Origin: Paraspadella gotoi
Taxonomy: Eukaryota > Animalia > Chaetognatha
Direction: 5' to 3'
Assembly: GCA_051294375.1 (NCBI GenBank)
Contig: CM119265.1
Location: 11,409,818-11,473,817, forward strand
Length of the DNA: 64,000 bases
The position numbers and the translations under genes are program-made. The notes under the pieces were generated by a model. It searched no databases. It was not told the origin of the DNA and saw only the letters and a program-made list of their open reading frames with translations. Below, one piece after another: positions 35,894 through 49,710 of the stretch. Numbering within the stretch: position 1 is the stretch's first letter; each line of letters opens with the position of its first letter.

Positions 35894-36520
35894 CTGTAAG
35901 AGGAAAGGAAAAAAGCAGAGTAACTTGTCCGGATCATTTTATTTAAAATTTAATTAAAATTTAAATAAGATTGAGTTCATCAATCTCATTTGCATATTGT
36001 CGTGACACTTTTTTCTTTTGGTACTTTACATTATCAAATAATTATGTTTGTTGAGGGTTCAGTTAAATATTCAGTTAAATATTTAATAATAACATCATCT
36101 GACTGGTTTAAGAGGAAGGGTCATTCAACTTAACAATGCGTAATCTTTGATGTATTAGACCTAATACATCGATAAATACATCGTAATTATCAGTAATCAC
36201 AGTCTTTTACACTGATACTGTTTCTGATTTTGTCAACTGTTTTTGGTATTAATAAAAAAAAAATCTTAAAAGCATAAGGATTGTCGCAATCGCATAAGAA
36301 AACTCTGGATTGACGACAAATTTTGATACTAAAAAAAATCAAATTTCAGAAAAGAAAATTAATTTATAAACAGAAAAAAAAAAAATATAAAACAATAAAA
36401 TAACTTCTTTTAACGTCATCGCAAGCATCATCATCAAGCATCATCATCAAGCATCATCATCAGTGGCAGAAAGTGAAAAAACGAGACAAATGATTTGTTT
36501 AAAAGAGTAAAGAAAGAAAG

Positions 36521-36584
<64 letters not shown>

Positions 36585-37614
36585 AATGACCTTGGTAGGA
36601 ATAGGCAGTAGTCATTAAAAAACACCATCAGTGAATTTTGACCAAAGACCCAAAAAAATTGGGTAGCCCCCCCCTGCCTTTTGTCAGTTCAGTTCATGGA
36701 AGACGGGGTTCCAAGCGTCGGTTTTTACGTAGGCCCCCCAGTCCTCGTTGAGTCCCTCTCCTGGGCCGCTGCTGTGCCGTCTGATTTCCAAAGCTTCACG
36801 AATTTTAGTATCATGAATAAGTTTTTTTTGGTTTTTTCCGGACATTGTCTTGATAGATATGTCGCTCCGCGCTTTAAAAAAAATCCGAAAGAACGAAGCG
36901 GTTTCTGATAATTTTGGTTCCTAGCAATTTTTGCACCAGTAGCGCAGTAAATATTACAAAACCATGGATAATTTCTGAAACTGCAGTGTTTGGGCTATCC
37001 AACGCCGCCGGAACAAAGAAAATCCATAAAGGTCTTGCCTAAAAAATACTAAAAATAAACACGGCGCTTAGTCTGAATTCATTTTAAATTTTTTTTATTT
37101 TGCGGTATTTGCTGTATAAGTCAAATAAATATACAGCGGTCATGCACTGATTCCAATTCTGTTGGGTTTAGCCTAACTTTCAAGCAAAAAACGAAAAAAA
37201 TTAAATTGACATACGTAAGGAAATAATAGCAATTAATCCAATTTTTTTTTCTCAAAATTTGTTGTCATTTTTGTTTCTTACTGTTTTTGCCCAAACAATG
37301 CCTTTAAAATTATAAAAATAAGGATTAGCTAATGAAACTACAATGTCTTAGGTACATATTCTTTGCCGGAACAAAGAAAATTCATTGATATCATAGTATC
37401 AATATGGAGCTAGAAATAACTTATTTTCTTTGCAATTTACCCCTTTATTGATAAAAGCCTTGTATTATAATAAAAAAATAAAAAACAATTTTAATTTGCA
37501 CCTGAAAGTGACAAAAATTAAAAAATCTGATAGTATAGTCTTTTAGCCCTATGTCAGTAGTTTTTAAATCAGCCGGAACAAAGTTTTGAACTCCTAAATT
37601 TTCATTTTCATTTA

Positions 37615-38235
37615 CTTTTGACTAAGTTTGAGTTGAGGGACTGATCAGTTGTGAAAAGAATGAAATGGTCAATTGGTTGAGAGAGAGAGAGAGTTAAAGC
37701 CTTTCATTTGCATAAACCAAGGGGGGCCAGCTCTTTTGAGCTCTATCTTAATTCCTTAATTTTTTACTTTAACAGTCACTTATCTATCCTCACAAAATGT
37801 ATCATTTCACATTTAAAACTTTTTCCTTTCATTACTATCTATTATTACGTAATAGAATAATTGTTTAAACTCACCATTAGTTTAACCCTATTCCTTGTTG
37901 ACATTACATAATGTATTATTTTGTCTCTCCCTGTTTCTCTCTCTCTCTCCCTTATCTCCTTCTGTCTTCTCTATCTCTCTTACCAATTGACCATTCACTT
38001 CTTTTCACAACTGATCTGTCCTCAACTCAAACCTTGTACTCATTCTTTAAACCACTATCTCTGTGTTGGAAACTTTTAGCCCTCTCTCTCTCTTTCTCTC
38101 ACTCTCTCTCTCTCTTCTTTTACTCAAATTTGTTAATGCATCATTACCGCTGATGAAGACTCAAAATGAAGAGTCGAAACATGTCCGTATATTAATAAAC
38201 AAAATCGTTGACGAAAATATTTCCAAACTTTGTTA
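37615..38235 (+). mobile_element. Solo pseudo-LTR insertion with inverted 5' segment
   Basis: 37625-37693 is the reverse complement of 37970-38033; ggggggccagctc at 37721; hammerhead and aataaa; absent from the paralogous sequence at ~51635. Confidence 0.8.
38144..38189 (+). ncRNA. Minimal hammerhead ribozyme
   Basis: CUGAUGA-A-GACUC-aaaaugaa-GAGUC-GAAA-CAUG-UC; noisy duplicate at ~47407. Confidence 0.8.
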
Positions 38236-38867
38236 AAGGTTCCTATATGAATATTTTAAATCTTTTTGTTTTCAACAAAATGATAATTCATTANNNNNNN
38301 NNNNNNNNNNNNNNNNNNATAATTAAAAACGTGTTAATTGAGTTTTGTAATACATAAAAACATTAAAACAAATACCAAAATAATTAGAAATACCCTAAAA
38401 ATGAGAATTTTAAAGATACTTGATGATTAGAAGCCCATTATATGAAATTCAACTCCCTATGATATCACACTTTCAGAACCATGATTGGCAAAAAATCACA
38501 TGACTCCGCGAGGAGCCAAAGCTAACGAAAAAAATCTAGACAGTGAAAACGGAGCCAATTTGCCCGCCAAGGCTTTTCAAAAAAGATAATAGAGGATATT
38601 TGTTGTTTGAATAAATAAAATCGAATAAAGACAAAAGTACATATTAGAGTAATCTCGATCACTGGACTTAATCAATCCTTAAGTTGACATTCGAGAATAG
38701 TATATTCAGCAAGCTGAATATAAATTAATAATTAATCTATTAATAAATTAATTAATTAATTAATCTATTATTAATTAATTAATCTATTTAAAATTAATAA
38801 TTAATTATCAATAATTAAATTAATTATCTAGGTCAGACTCCGACATTGTTTGCTAAACTTGTTAATG

Positions 38868-41800
38868 TCACGAGTTTTCTTGAAGGGAATTTTCACAGTT
38901 TTTTTGCTGAGGGTTTGCACGGAAAACTTAATCCAGGGGAGTAGGCGTGTCGAGTCGCAAGAGGGCGTCAACTTGTTGGGTATTGAAAGGAGTGAAGAAA
39001 TAAGAGGGAAAAACTAATCGGGGTGGTAAACCTTTTCGCAGAAAGATGTAGAAACGAGAAGTTAATCGTTACGCACCAGGGCTTGCTAAGACATCAATAT
39101 AACACTGATGGTGTTGTGTTGCACGACGGAGGAAAGAAGGGACGCGAAGAAGAGATATTTGGACGGCAGAGCTATTAAATACTTGCTCATACTGTATTAA
39201 AGCTCAAATCAGTAAGCACGATTATTTTCTGTTTTAATTATTGACTTTTCGCTCTTTGAATTATATATATTGTTGTTAAAATTCTAGGTAAGAAGTTAAA
39301 CACGGTATATATTCAGGATAGTTAGAACGTTGCCGACTCTAATAACATAGTGGCTCGTTTATCTTGGCGCACTGTTAGGGATTTTCCAGATTCACATTGG
39401 ATGAAACAACACGGATCTTCAGTTAATAGATGGGTAACAAACGGCTAAACGTTGATATTCGGAAGCTATCAATGTATATCAACGGGAAGCTTTGGAAAAT
39501 GATTTAGAAGAAAGCATGTTCAACGTAAGCACGCCTAAAGCGACATATGCAATAAATTTGGTGAATTGAGAAAAGGCATTTTGATTATGCAATCTGAGAT
39601 AAACATTTGTTCCACACCCATTATAAGTAATCATTGACTTTGAGGATACATTTCTGAGTATAACTTGCGTCCAGTTTTATGATATATAGATATTTGAGAG
39701 GTTAAAAGCTTTAATAAATATGATAATCTCAATTTTTAGGGATACCAATGATAATGAAAATTTTAACAAATTGTCTGTCTATATATTACATATTCTTATT
39801 TTTATAATCAGTAATAAAGATTCCATAAATAAAAAATATCAGTATGGAAGTTGAGGCCTTTTACGTAGTTGACCTGCACTTCAGATAGGTGTGCTTTATG
39901 TGGTTGATATTATAATTAAACGATTACTAAATATGGAGAGGGTAGGAATGCCATCAAATGCGGGTGTAAGAGTCGAAATACCTATTTTCAAGTAATTCTT
40001 ATAAAGCCAGGAGCCTCAGCTTTCCCTTGAATTAGTATATTCCGCATTTTTCAGCCTATTGGTCTGAGTGAATTGAATGACCCTTTTTCTTAATAGCTTT
40101 TACTTTTGGAAAAATGATAAAAAAGTTTTTACGACCACAAAATTAAATGAATATTAATTGGTTTCTGGTCATTTTACCGCATTCTAACGCCCAACTGTAT
40201 AAAAAAGGCTGGATAAATCTTTAAAAACCACTTAACCGAATAGCTTTGTACTAGAAAAAAGTCAGAAATGTATCTTTACGTACATCATGATAATGCATAT
40301 TAACGTGTTTTACCTCAATTTTCACGACCATTTTTACGCGCAGCAATTCTTTTCCAAATTTAAATATAAACATAAATATATAATAAATATACATAGATAA
40401 ATATCTAACATATAGAAATATTATAATTAAATAGACCTTTTTTTGATTTGGCCATTCATAAAAATCATTATTACGCCACACATTAATAATTCGGAAGTTG
40501 TTTCAAAAAGGTATAACACGTTTTGTTGCTGTATTGGTGTAAATTTACACTGCTCCTATCTCGGTTGCACACTCGGGCACAAACACTTATTTCTAACGAT
40601 AAAAAAATAGAATCAATATCTGAATACCTATATAACTACTATAGTAATTTTTCACATAAATTTATGGTTCTTTGAATATAAAACCTTTGGACTACAGCAG
40701 TAAAGGAGGTTCAGTATTTTAACGTTTTATCTTTTACAAAAATTGACGGGTTTATAATCAGTATGGAGGGGTAAATTTCAACTATTATGAATAAAACGTC
40801 ATAACTGGAAAAATGTACGATTTAAAGGTTACACATTCGTTAGAGTGACTAAGATTATATTAGAGGTTTTTAAGATACCATCGTATATTGAAAGAAAAAT
40901 CTTAGTATTTTTTTTAAAATTTTTGCTGCAAAAATATAAAAGTGGGTGGTATTTTAAACAGAGTAGATTTTTGTGTAGAATCAATATTGTACTATTATTT
41001 GTTTATTGGTATCGAGGAAAACAAGAAAAATTTATTCTGTTTTAAAATTAATAAAATATATCACATAGCAAATATATCTCTGCATCATTTATATCATTGG
41101 GGCCCTGGTAGAGAAGAATATTTATTTGAAAATAACCTCTGGTTTTTTTTTTCTAGTAACCTTTATGTCTCTTTAATGTCAATATAAAACATCAATAAAT
41201 TTTTTTATTATTTTTAGTTTAAATTAAAAAACTAAGTTTAACCCCAGTCTAACATACTTGCTATAAAATGCCGTACATATGTATAGTAATATAGTGGCTT
41301 CCTTATTCAAAATAAGAAACACAATTAAAAAGCACAGATAAGATGCGGGAAAAGCGTTCAAACAAAAAGATTCTGACTTACTGTTATATAAACTTTATAC
41401 ATAAAAGGATAGCAGTACAAAACCCATTTAATCGCCTTTTCAATGCTTAATCTCAGTGCGGCTATTTAAGTCACCAAAGGGATAATTTTCTCCTTTTAAT
41501 TAGATCAGATGATTTATATATTTTCATGAGCTTTAGGCCTATGTCACTCTCCTAATCAATTTATTTGAGAGAAATTCTAGGGTTTTCATAACCTGTTCCG
41601 GCCTAACACCACATAGTTGGGAAAAAAAGACACCGAAGGTTAACATTGAGAGCAGCTATTCTCATATAACAGGACTAACAGTGGAATAACGGATCATGAC
41701 ACCGCAATTAACCCATAATCTTCAATAACCCGATAAATATCTCCTTCTAAAAACCACTGCATGCAAAATCTTCGATGAAAAACGGATAATTCTCTCTCGG

Positions 41801-44800
41801 GGAGGTGTGTGGCTTTTACTACCCGCCGACTGCGTGTATAAGAGTTTATTTTCCCGCAACTTTCCTCGGGCTCGGCCAATGAGCTCTCTCGCAGGGTTGA
41901 AATATTGTTTGCCTTTGTGTTGCTGGATTCCCCACCGAATGAGAACGGAACGTCTTTCCATCCTGTGAGCAGGAAAAATTTACTAGTGTATATTTTAAAG
42001 ACAGTTGTCCGATTCTGGACTCACAAAAGAGCGACGCTATGTAATAAGGTATTGATATTGAAGAAAATACCTCTAATGACTGGTTCGTTCAGCGTCTCCG
42101 AGGGTCGCTTGTCGCCGACTCCGTGATTGGAGGGGCGGAGATCGAAGATCTCGGCTTATTGGGTACATTTCGTAATCGCCTTCGTCGTCCGTCGCCTCAG
42201 ACGAACCATAGTTTTCGTTTGGTCTTTAGTTTTTTTTGAAGCAAGGAAAAGAGACCGAGTGGGCGTGGCTTAGTTTCTTCCCGCAATATATCCGGTTACT
42301 TTCGCTTTGGCTTTAAATCTGCGCGCATCGATACAAGAGAGTCGAAAACTTTATCCATGGTTTTTTGTTCTGTTCGTTAGTTGATTTTGTTTTTCAGTAT
42401 TTGTATAAAGATTACGTAGAAGCGAAAGTTGAAAAACCGTTTCTTAAAGGAGAAAATTTGTCATCTCTCGCCTGACAAAAAACAAATTACGCGCCAATGA
42501 ACTAAAAGAAGGCAAACGAAGGCGAGGCGTTTGATGTAAACAATGCTGTCAATCGTAAAACCAAAAAACATATCTACGACTTAAAGTCATAATTCATAAA
42601 ACGCAACCAAAGGCGACAAGAAATAACGATCAACTCGCGATGATCTAATAAATGTATAACGGAATTCCAACCCCAACGGGAATTAATTGCTTGAAAAAAC
42701 AAAAACACAATAAACAATCGCATGACTAGGTCCGTCCTTTGGAAGCGTTAAAAAAAGGCCCTCGTGGTGAAAAAAAAAATGGAATGTTTGGATTTGGGTG
42801 AGTTATTGCTTTTTGCGAAACAGAAAAGCGTGGACGGGGGGCAAAGTGGGGCAAGAAATGGTCCACTACCGGCTGTATACGCAACAACAGTATTTCTAAT
42901 TATAAAGCGTTGTGAAAATTTGACGACGCAAAAGAAGCCATTTTATAAGCGTTTTTTTATTTAGCCGCAGGTTTTGAATTAAATCTTTCCTCCGTCCTCT
43001 AGTCTCACTTTCTTTTCTTCGCCCTTTCCCTCCTCGATTACTCTCGATACTCCATCCTCCCCGCCTTCCCCTTCCTCCTTCCTTTCCAGCCCCTTCCTCT
43101 TCGCGCCGACGATTCTCTTCCATCTTTCTGCATTGGCATCGCGTGACCTGAGCGCCAACCTGGGCCGGGGTCGAAACTGCGGCTGGTAGAACACGTAGAC
43201 CATAGAAGCGTTCGGCGGCGGTCCAACTGGCGGCGGTGCAGGCGAGGGCGGTTGGGCCGTGGCGAAGTGGCGCCATCACCGTCGGTGCGCATTGACGACG
43301 AGGCGCGTGCGTAAAGGCTTGTGGTCACCTGCGTCGTCGTGACGGGCCCGCGCGTGGAAGGACGTTGCTCGAGAATGAGATGAGAGCCACGTCGCTGACG
43401 TCCAAATGCCCCGGGACCTGGGGATTGGAGACGTTTATAGATTGGACCAGATCAAAACTCTGAATCTTTTGAATTCAAAAAGTTTTGCGCAAAAAAACAA
43501 AACATATTTAATAACTGTCCGGGCAGACTCAATTTTATATAAATTTTTCAGAACTCATACACGCCAAATTTTTATCAATAAAAAAGGCGAATCTATAATT
43601 TCAGAACGCCAACGACGACGCGACGCCACTTTATGAGGCATGAAACAAAGCAATATCGTCGCAAACACAAAAGCAATTGGACGATAAAAAACGAATTAAG
43701 TGGATGGAAAAAGAACCGTTTCGCATGCTCTCGCCTCTCGTGTTATCACATCGGTGAACAAGCGATGATAAAATATCCAACCGCTGCAAGCTAAAGCGCG
43801 TGAATATTTCTTCACCTTCCAGCGCCGCCTTGGATAAGCCATATAGGAATGCCATAGATCTAGTTGGCTGCGGTTGAAGACTAACGAACCTAGAAGAAGC
43901 AAAAGAAAATTGCTCAGAGGTTGCCACATGACCCAGGCAGAAAGACGACGAAAAAGGCGTACAAGCCGCTTCACCCTTCTCTTGCTTTCTCCTCCTCTGC
44001 CCCTCAGTATATTTTGGTCTTTGGCGATAGACCTTCTCTAGTTTTTTTCTTTGCGCGAAATATATAGATTTTTTTTCCTCCATTTCCCTCACGCCTTCAT
44101 ACCAATCAAAGCTTCCCTAACCCGGAATCGATGCGGATGGGGCAGACGGCGTCTGTCTGAGGCACTGCGACGGCTTCCCCCCACGTTCAAAAGAACGCGC
44201 TCTAGTAGAGCGACGCCAGTTAAAGACGACCCACGAGGTAAATTGGCTTCCAGCGCCAGAGCGATGCGGCCCCGATCTCCTGCTTCTGGGAGCAATTTTG
44301 GGAAAGAGTGCCCCCGAGAACTTGTAAGAGGTAAAGGAAAAAAGCAGAGTAACTTGTCCGGATCATTTTATTTAAAATTTAATTAAAATTTAAATAAGAT
44401 TGAGTTCCATCATCTCATTTGCATAATTGTAGTGGGAACACTTTTTCTTTTGGTACTTTACATTAATCAAATAATTATGTTTGTTGAGGGTTCAGTTAAA
44501 TATTCAGTTTAAATATTTATAAATAACATCATCTGCTGGTTTAAGAGGAAGGGTCATTCAACTTAACATAATGCGTAATCTTTTGATGTATTATGGACCT
44601 AATACAATCGATAAATACATGCGTAAATTATCAGTATCACAGTCTTTTACACTGATACTGTTTCTGATTTTGTCAACTGAATTTTTGGTATTAATAAAAA
44701 AAAGAATCTTAAAAGCATAAGGATTGTCGCAAATCGGCATAAGAAAACTCTGGAGTTGACAAATTTTGATCACTAAAAAAAATCAAATTTCCTAGAAAAA

Positions 44801-47537
44801 GAAATTATTATTTATAATACAGAAAAAAAAAAAAAATTTAAAACATAAAATAACTTCTTTTAACGTCATCGCAAGCATCATTCATCAGCATATCATCAAG
44901 CAATCATCATCAGTGGCTTAGAAAGTGAAAAAACGAAGAACAAATGATTTGTTTAATTAATAGAAACGATAAAAAAAGGACAAAAATAAAAAAGAGTAAG
45001 ATAAGAAAAAGGGAAGAGAGAGATGAGAGAGAGAGAGGAGAGAGAGAGAGTAAGAAGAGAGAGAGAAGAGTAGAGAAAGAAATGACCTTGGTAGGAATTA
45101 GGCCCAGTAAAAAGTCATTTAAAAACACCAATCAGTTGAATTTTGACAGCAAAGACCCAAAAAATTGGTATCCCCCCTGCCTTTTTGTCAGTTCCATTTC
45201 ATGGAAGACGGGGTTACAGCGTCGGTTTAAGCGTAGGCCCCCCCAGTCCTGCGTTGAGTACCGTCTCGCTGTGTAGCGGTAGCCGACCAAATTCAAATTT
45301 AATGGAACTAAGCCATTAAACTAATACGTCATTATTGGTATTAATTATTGTGTTTAAAATAATTTTTTTCAAAAAAATGTTCTGAATCTGAGTAATTCGC
45401 TAATTAATATTATTTATATTTTGCTATATAATGTTAATTTTTTTGGATATTTTAAGTTTTTTTTTAATTGATTCTGATAGAGCTTAAAAAGTTAAGCAAA
45501 AATATAATTAACTTTGTTAAAAAATATTTGAATGTTTTATTACTAAATAATTGTAAAAACTGCTAAAATCATCGTATGATGATGATGATGGTTGAATGAT
45601 TTTTTAAAGGTTAAATTTCTCAATTTTACCCACTTATCATCAAAATATTTGAAAAAAAGAATTATTATATTCTTTGTGTAGATAACTTTCATAAGCTATT
45701 TGAATCTGGGCTTTTAAAAAAATAAAAATCAAAAAAAAATTTTTTTGACTATATCCTTATCTATAAATAAATATTAAAAAAATTAATTACTAAAATTGCT
45801 TCTTGCCATTTTAGAAAATTTTGCCTCCATTGAAAGTTTTCTTTCAGAATGTATGAGTTTCATTTGGAAAGGTTCCCGAAATCAAACTTCTGACTCCACC
45901 CCATTACGAAGGTTTGGCTCTACTCCTGGCCGCCGGTGCTGTGCCGTCCTGATTATCCAAAGCTTCCGATTTTAGTAATCATGAATAAGTTTTTTTTGGT
46001 TTTTCCGGACATTGTCTTGAATAATATGTCGCTCCCAGCTTTAAAAAAATCCAGAAAGAACGAAGCGTTTCTGATAATTTTTTGTTCTAGCAATTTTGCA
46101 CCAGTAGCGCAAGTAAATATTACAAAAACCAATGGATATTTCTTAAAACTGGCAGTGTTTTGGCTGATCCAACGCCGCCGGAGACAAGGAAATCCATAAA
46201 GGGATCTTGCCTATAAAATAAAAATAATTCAATAACTAAAAATAAACACGGCGCTTAGTCTGAATTCATTTTAAAAATTTTTTTTTTTTTGGCGGTATTT
46301 GCTGTATAAGATCAAATAAATATACAGCGGGTGCATGCACCTGATTCCAATTCTTGTTGGGTTTAGCCTAACTTTTCAGCAAAAACGGAAAAAAATAAAT
46401 TGACGTCATAGTAAGAATATAATAGCATTAATCCAATTTTTTATCTCAAAATTTGTTGTCATTTTTGTTTCTTACTGTTTTTGGCCCAAACATGACCTTT
46501 AACATTATAAAAATAAGGATTAGCTAATGAAACTACAATGTCTTAGGTACATATTATCTTTGCGGAACAAAAGAAAATTCATTGATATCATAGTATCAAA
46601 TATGGAAAATGCCTTAGAAATAACTTATTTTCTTTGGCATTTACCCTTTATTGATAAAGCCTTGTATTATAATGAAAAAATAAAAACAATTTTAATTTGG
46701 TTCTTTCACCTGAAGATGACAAATAATTAAAAAAATCTGATAGTATAGTCTTTTTAGGGACCTATGTCAGTAGTTTTTAAATCAGACGGAACAAAGTTTG
46801 AACTCCAAAATTTTCATTTTTCATTTTACTTTTGACCTAAGTTTGAGTTGAGGAATGATAGGTTTTTGAAAAAGAAGTGAAATGGTCCAATTGGTGAGTG
46901 AGAAGAGAGAGAGTTAAAGCCTTTCATTTGCATACCTAAAGGGGGGCCAGCTCATATTTGAAGGCTCTATGCTATTTCTTAATTTTTAGCTTTAACAGTC
47001 CACTTATCTATCCCTCACAAAATGTATCAATTTCACATTTAAAACTTCTCTTCCCTTTATTACTATCCTAATTTATTACTAGAAATAAAATTGTTAAAAC
47101 CTCACCATTAGTTTACACCTTATTCCTTGTTGTATCAATTACATACATGTTTTATTTTTGGGCGTCTGCTCCCTGCTTTCTCTCCTCTCTTCCTTTCTCG
47201 CACTTCTTGATCTTCTTCTATCTCTGCTTTTTCACCAATTGACCATTTCACTTCTTTTCACAAACTGATCTTGTCCTCAACTCAAACTGTACTCAATTCT
47301 TTAACCACTATCTCTGTTGTTGGAAACTTTTAGCCCCTCTCTCTCTCTTTTCTCCTCACTCTCTCTTTCTCTTCTTTTACTCAAATTTTTAATGCATCAT
47401 TACCCGCTGATGAGTACTCTCAAAATGAAGAGTCGAAACATGTCCGTAATATATTAATAAACAAAATCGTTGCCAGAAAATATTTCAAACTTTGTTAAAG
47501 TTCCTATTATGAATATTTAAATCTTTTTGTTTTCAAC
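38868..47537 (+). repeat. Indel-rich direct duplicate of 31702-38293 (probable uncorrected long read or alternative haplotype)
   Basis: Colinear throughout, including frameshifted copies of Bcl-2 exon 1 (ending ~42209) and the TTC17 exons (~43000-43420, ~44120-44325). Differences are insertion-biased; the block follows an N gap. Confidence 0.9.
45271..45923. mobile_element. ~650-bp AT-rich insertion present only in the duplicate copy
   Basis: Absent at the homologous site ~36760; ends weakly inverted (gtag..agcc.acc / ggtttggctctac). Confidence 0.55.
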
Positions 47538-48934
47538 AAAAAATGATAAATTCATTATCCTTAGTAATTTATATTAAAACATTTGAAGTATAGTAAGAAT
47601 TTTTGTTTTATATCAAAGAAACATAATTCTATGTTTTCTCTTTAAGAAATCCTATATTATATTTATTTTTTTTAATAGCAGCCAAGTGTGTTTAATTTAA
47701 ATTTCAAAAAGTTTTGTTATACTGTTGACTAAGAATTCCGATCCAGATTTTTAAAAAATCAGTTGAAATAAATGTATTTGAAAAAATTAATATGGAAAGA
47801 TGCTCTAATTATAATGGCTTTTAATATGATGAACCAGTTCTCAATCGTTCTATCATATTTTTATTCAAAAGATATCAAAGAAAATCATTTTTTTTATTAC
47901 AATTAAAGTCACTCGCCAAGCTAAAAATTTAAATGGAACCAAAAAGAAAAATTTTAACGAACGCAGATTTGTTTTAAAAAATTGGGCGTGGAAAAATGAA
48001 CATTTTTTTGTAGATTATTTTTTTCAACGCGTGGTTCGATTGAGGGTATTGAATGTTTACAAATCGACAATATTGGACCATCATTTCCTATCAGTAAATG
48101 TAAAAATATTTAAAAAAACAATTATAAACGGACCAGTAACTTGCCCCTATCTCGTCTTGACCACGGTGAGGGGTTCGTTAAAAAATCCGGTGTAATAGGT
48201 GGCATAAGTGCTTCGATAATGCTGCGAGATGCCTGAATGGTGCCCACTTCACTGTAGCCATGCTTTATTTTTCAAAATGGCTCGGGATAGCTCCTTCACA
48301 AATTATCTTGTGGCTTGAAACTCCATAGTTTGTTTGGCCTATGTACATGCCTTGTCGAGCAAATGGCTGGTTTAGTAGTTTAGCATATGTTTTTCGGCAA
48401 ATATTTCTCTGCGAAAAAAGAGACTAAAACCGTGCAATGAATTCTATAGAGAGAGAAACTTGTTACGGCTGTAACGTAATACGACGACGAAAAAAGAACC
48501 AGATAAACTTATAACGGAACGACAAACATACGACGGTTGACGGCGGTCGCTGTCCTCACGATGAACACGAGAGAGAGAAATAATTTGTACGACATCACAA
48601 AAAGGATTACGAATGAACCCGCTAAGATAATCAAAGAGTAAAAGACATGCGCTTTAAAATTATATCGAAATAGGCAGCAAAAAAATTTATTATTTAAATA
48701 TTTATTTATGATAGTCCGAATAGCAACCATCTAACTCTTGTCAATTGTGTTTTTGACGCTCGTGGCGGCCGACGCCGTGCGTTCCCTGCGCGGAATAAAA
48801 GTTAGACCGTCCGTGAAGTGTCACCGGCGAACGACATCACTGATCGAGAGGCGCAAATTATAAGGAAAAGTTTTAACTAACTGATTCAGTCGCGAAGAAT
48901 GGGGGGAAAAGGGGGAAAATTAAGTATCCGTTGA

Positions 48935-49710
48935 AGAGACAGTAATTATTGTTATGTGTTAGTGATAAGAACCCGTTCAAACTAATAAGCAGTCCCTGGC
49001 AGCTTGTAACACAAGGTAATCAAGACTGTTCGTTCTTATATTAATATTTACAAGGCGGGTTAAGCGCGACCCGCTCCCGACTCTAAACTGCAGATATCGA
49101 CCACCGGGCCTATGAAACCACCGGACCTTTGGGTTGGGAGGCGAATGTCTTTGCCCTCCGGTAACAAATGGGCTGATTGGAACGATTGGTGGATTTAGGT
49201 CCACCATATAACATCAAGGCCCCACGAGTGCTCGTCATTCGATTGCGTCGCCTTAGGGAGTAAGTCTGTTTTTGCGGTCTCTCTCGGTGAATTGTTGTTG
49301 TTGTGGACAGTTCGTCCATTCCGAAAGTTGAGGCCATGTTCGCCTGAATGTGTTGTGGGCGGAAAGTGCAATCGCGCAGGTTGAGGCAATTGTCGCCTGT
49401 AAAGTGTTGTTTTGTTTGCTAAGTTGTGTTTCGGAAAGTCGGCTCACGCAACTGAAGAGAAACAGTAATTATTGATATAATTTATGTAGGACAGACACCG
49501 TTCAATATAAGCAGTCCCTGAGCTTCGGAACGTGTCAGGCTGTAACAACCATGTTACAGGGCGGGTGTAAGCGCCCCGTACCCTCTTGAACTGAACAGAT
49601 CGATACCACCGGGCGCTAGAACCCGGACCTTTGGGTTGGGAGCCGAATGTCTTGGCCTCCGGCACCAATTGGCCGCTGATGAACGATTGGTGGATTTTAG
49701 TCCACCATAA
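48935..49710 (-). mobile_element. Two tandem copies of a putative tRNA-derived SINE (48935-49210, 49455-49710)
   Basis: Minus strand tggtgccggaggccaagacattcggctcccaacccaaaggtccgggttctagcgcccgg has A-box-, anticodon-arm- and B-box-like parts; both copies noisy. Confidence 0.45.

Noticed and set aside
42896-44386. Second TTC17 paralogue or pseudogene
   Set aside because: Differences are almost all single-base indels inside a colinear duplicate, better explained by read error
49609-49680. Functional tRNA-Gly gene
   Set aside because: Stems do not pair cleanly, and the homology between copies extends ~150 bp beyond the tRNA-like part
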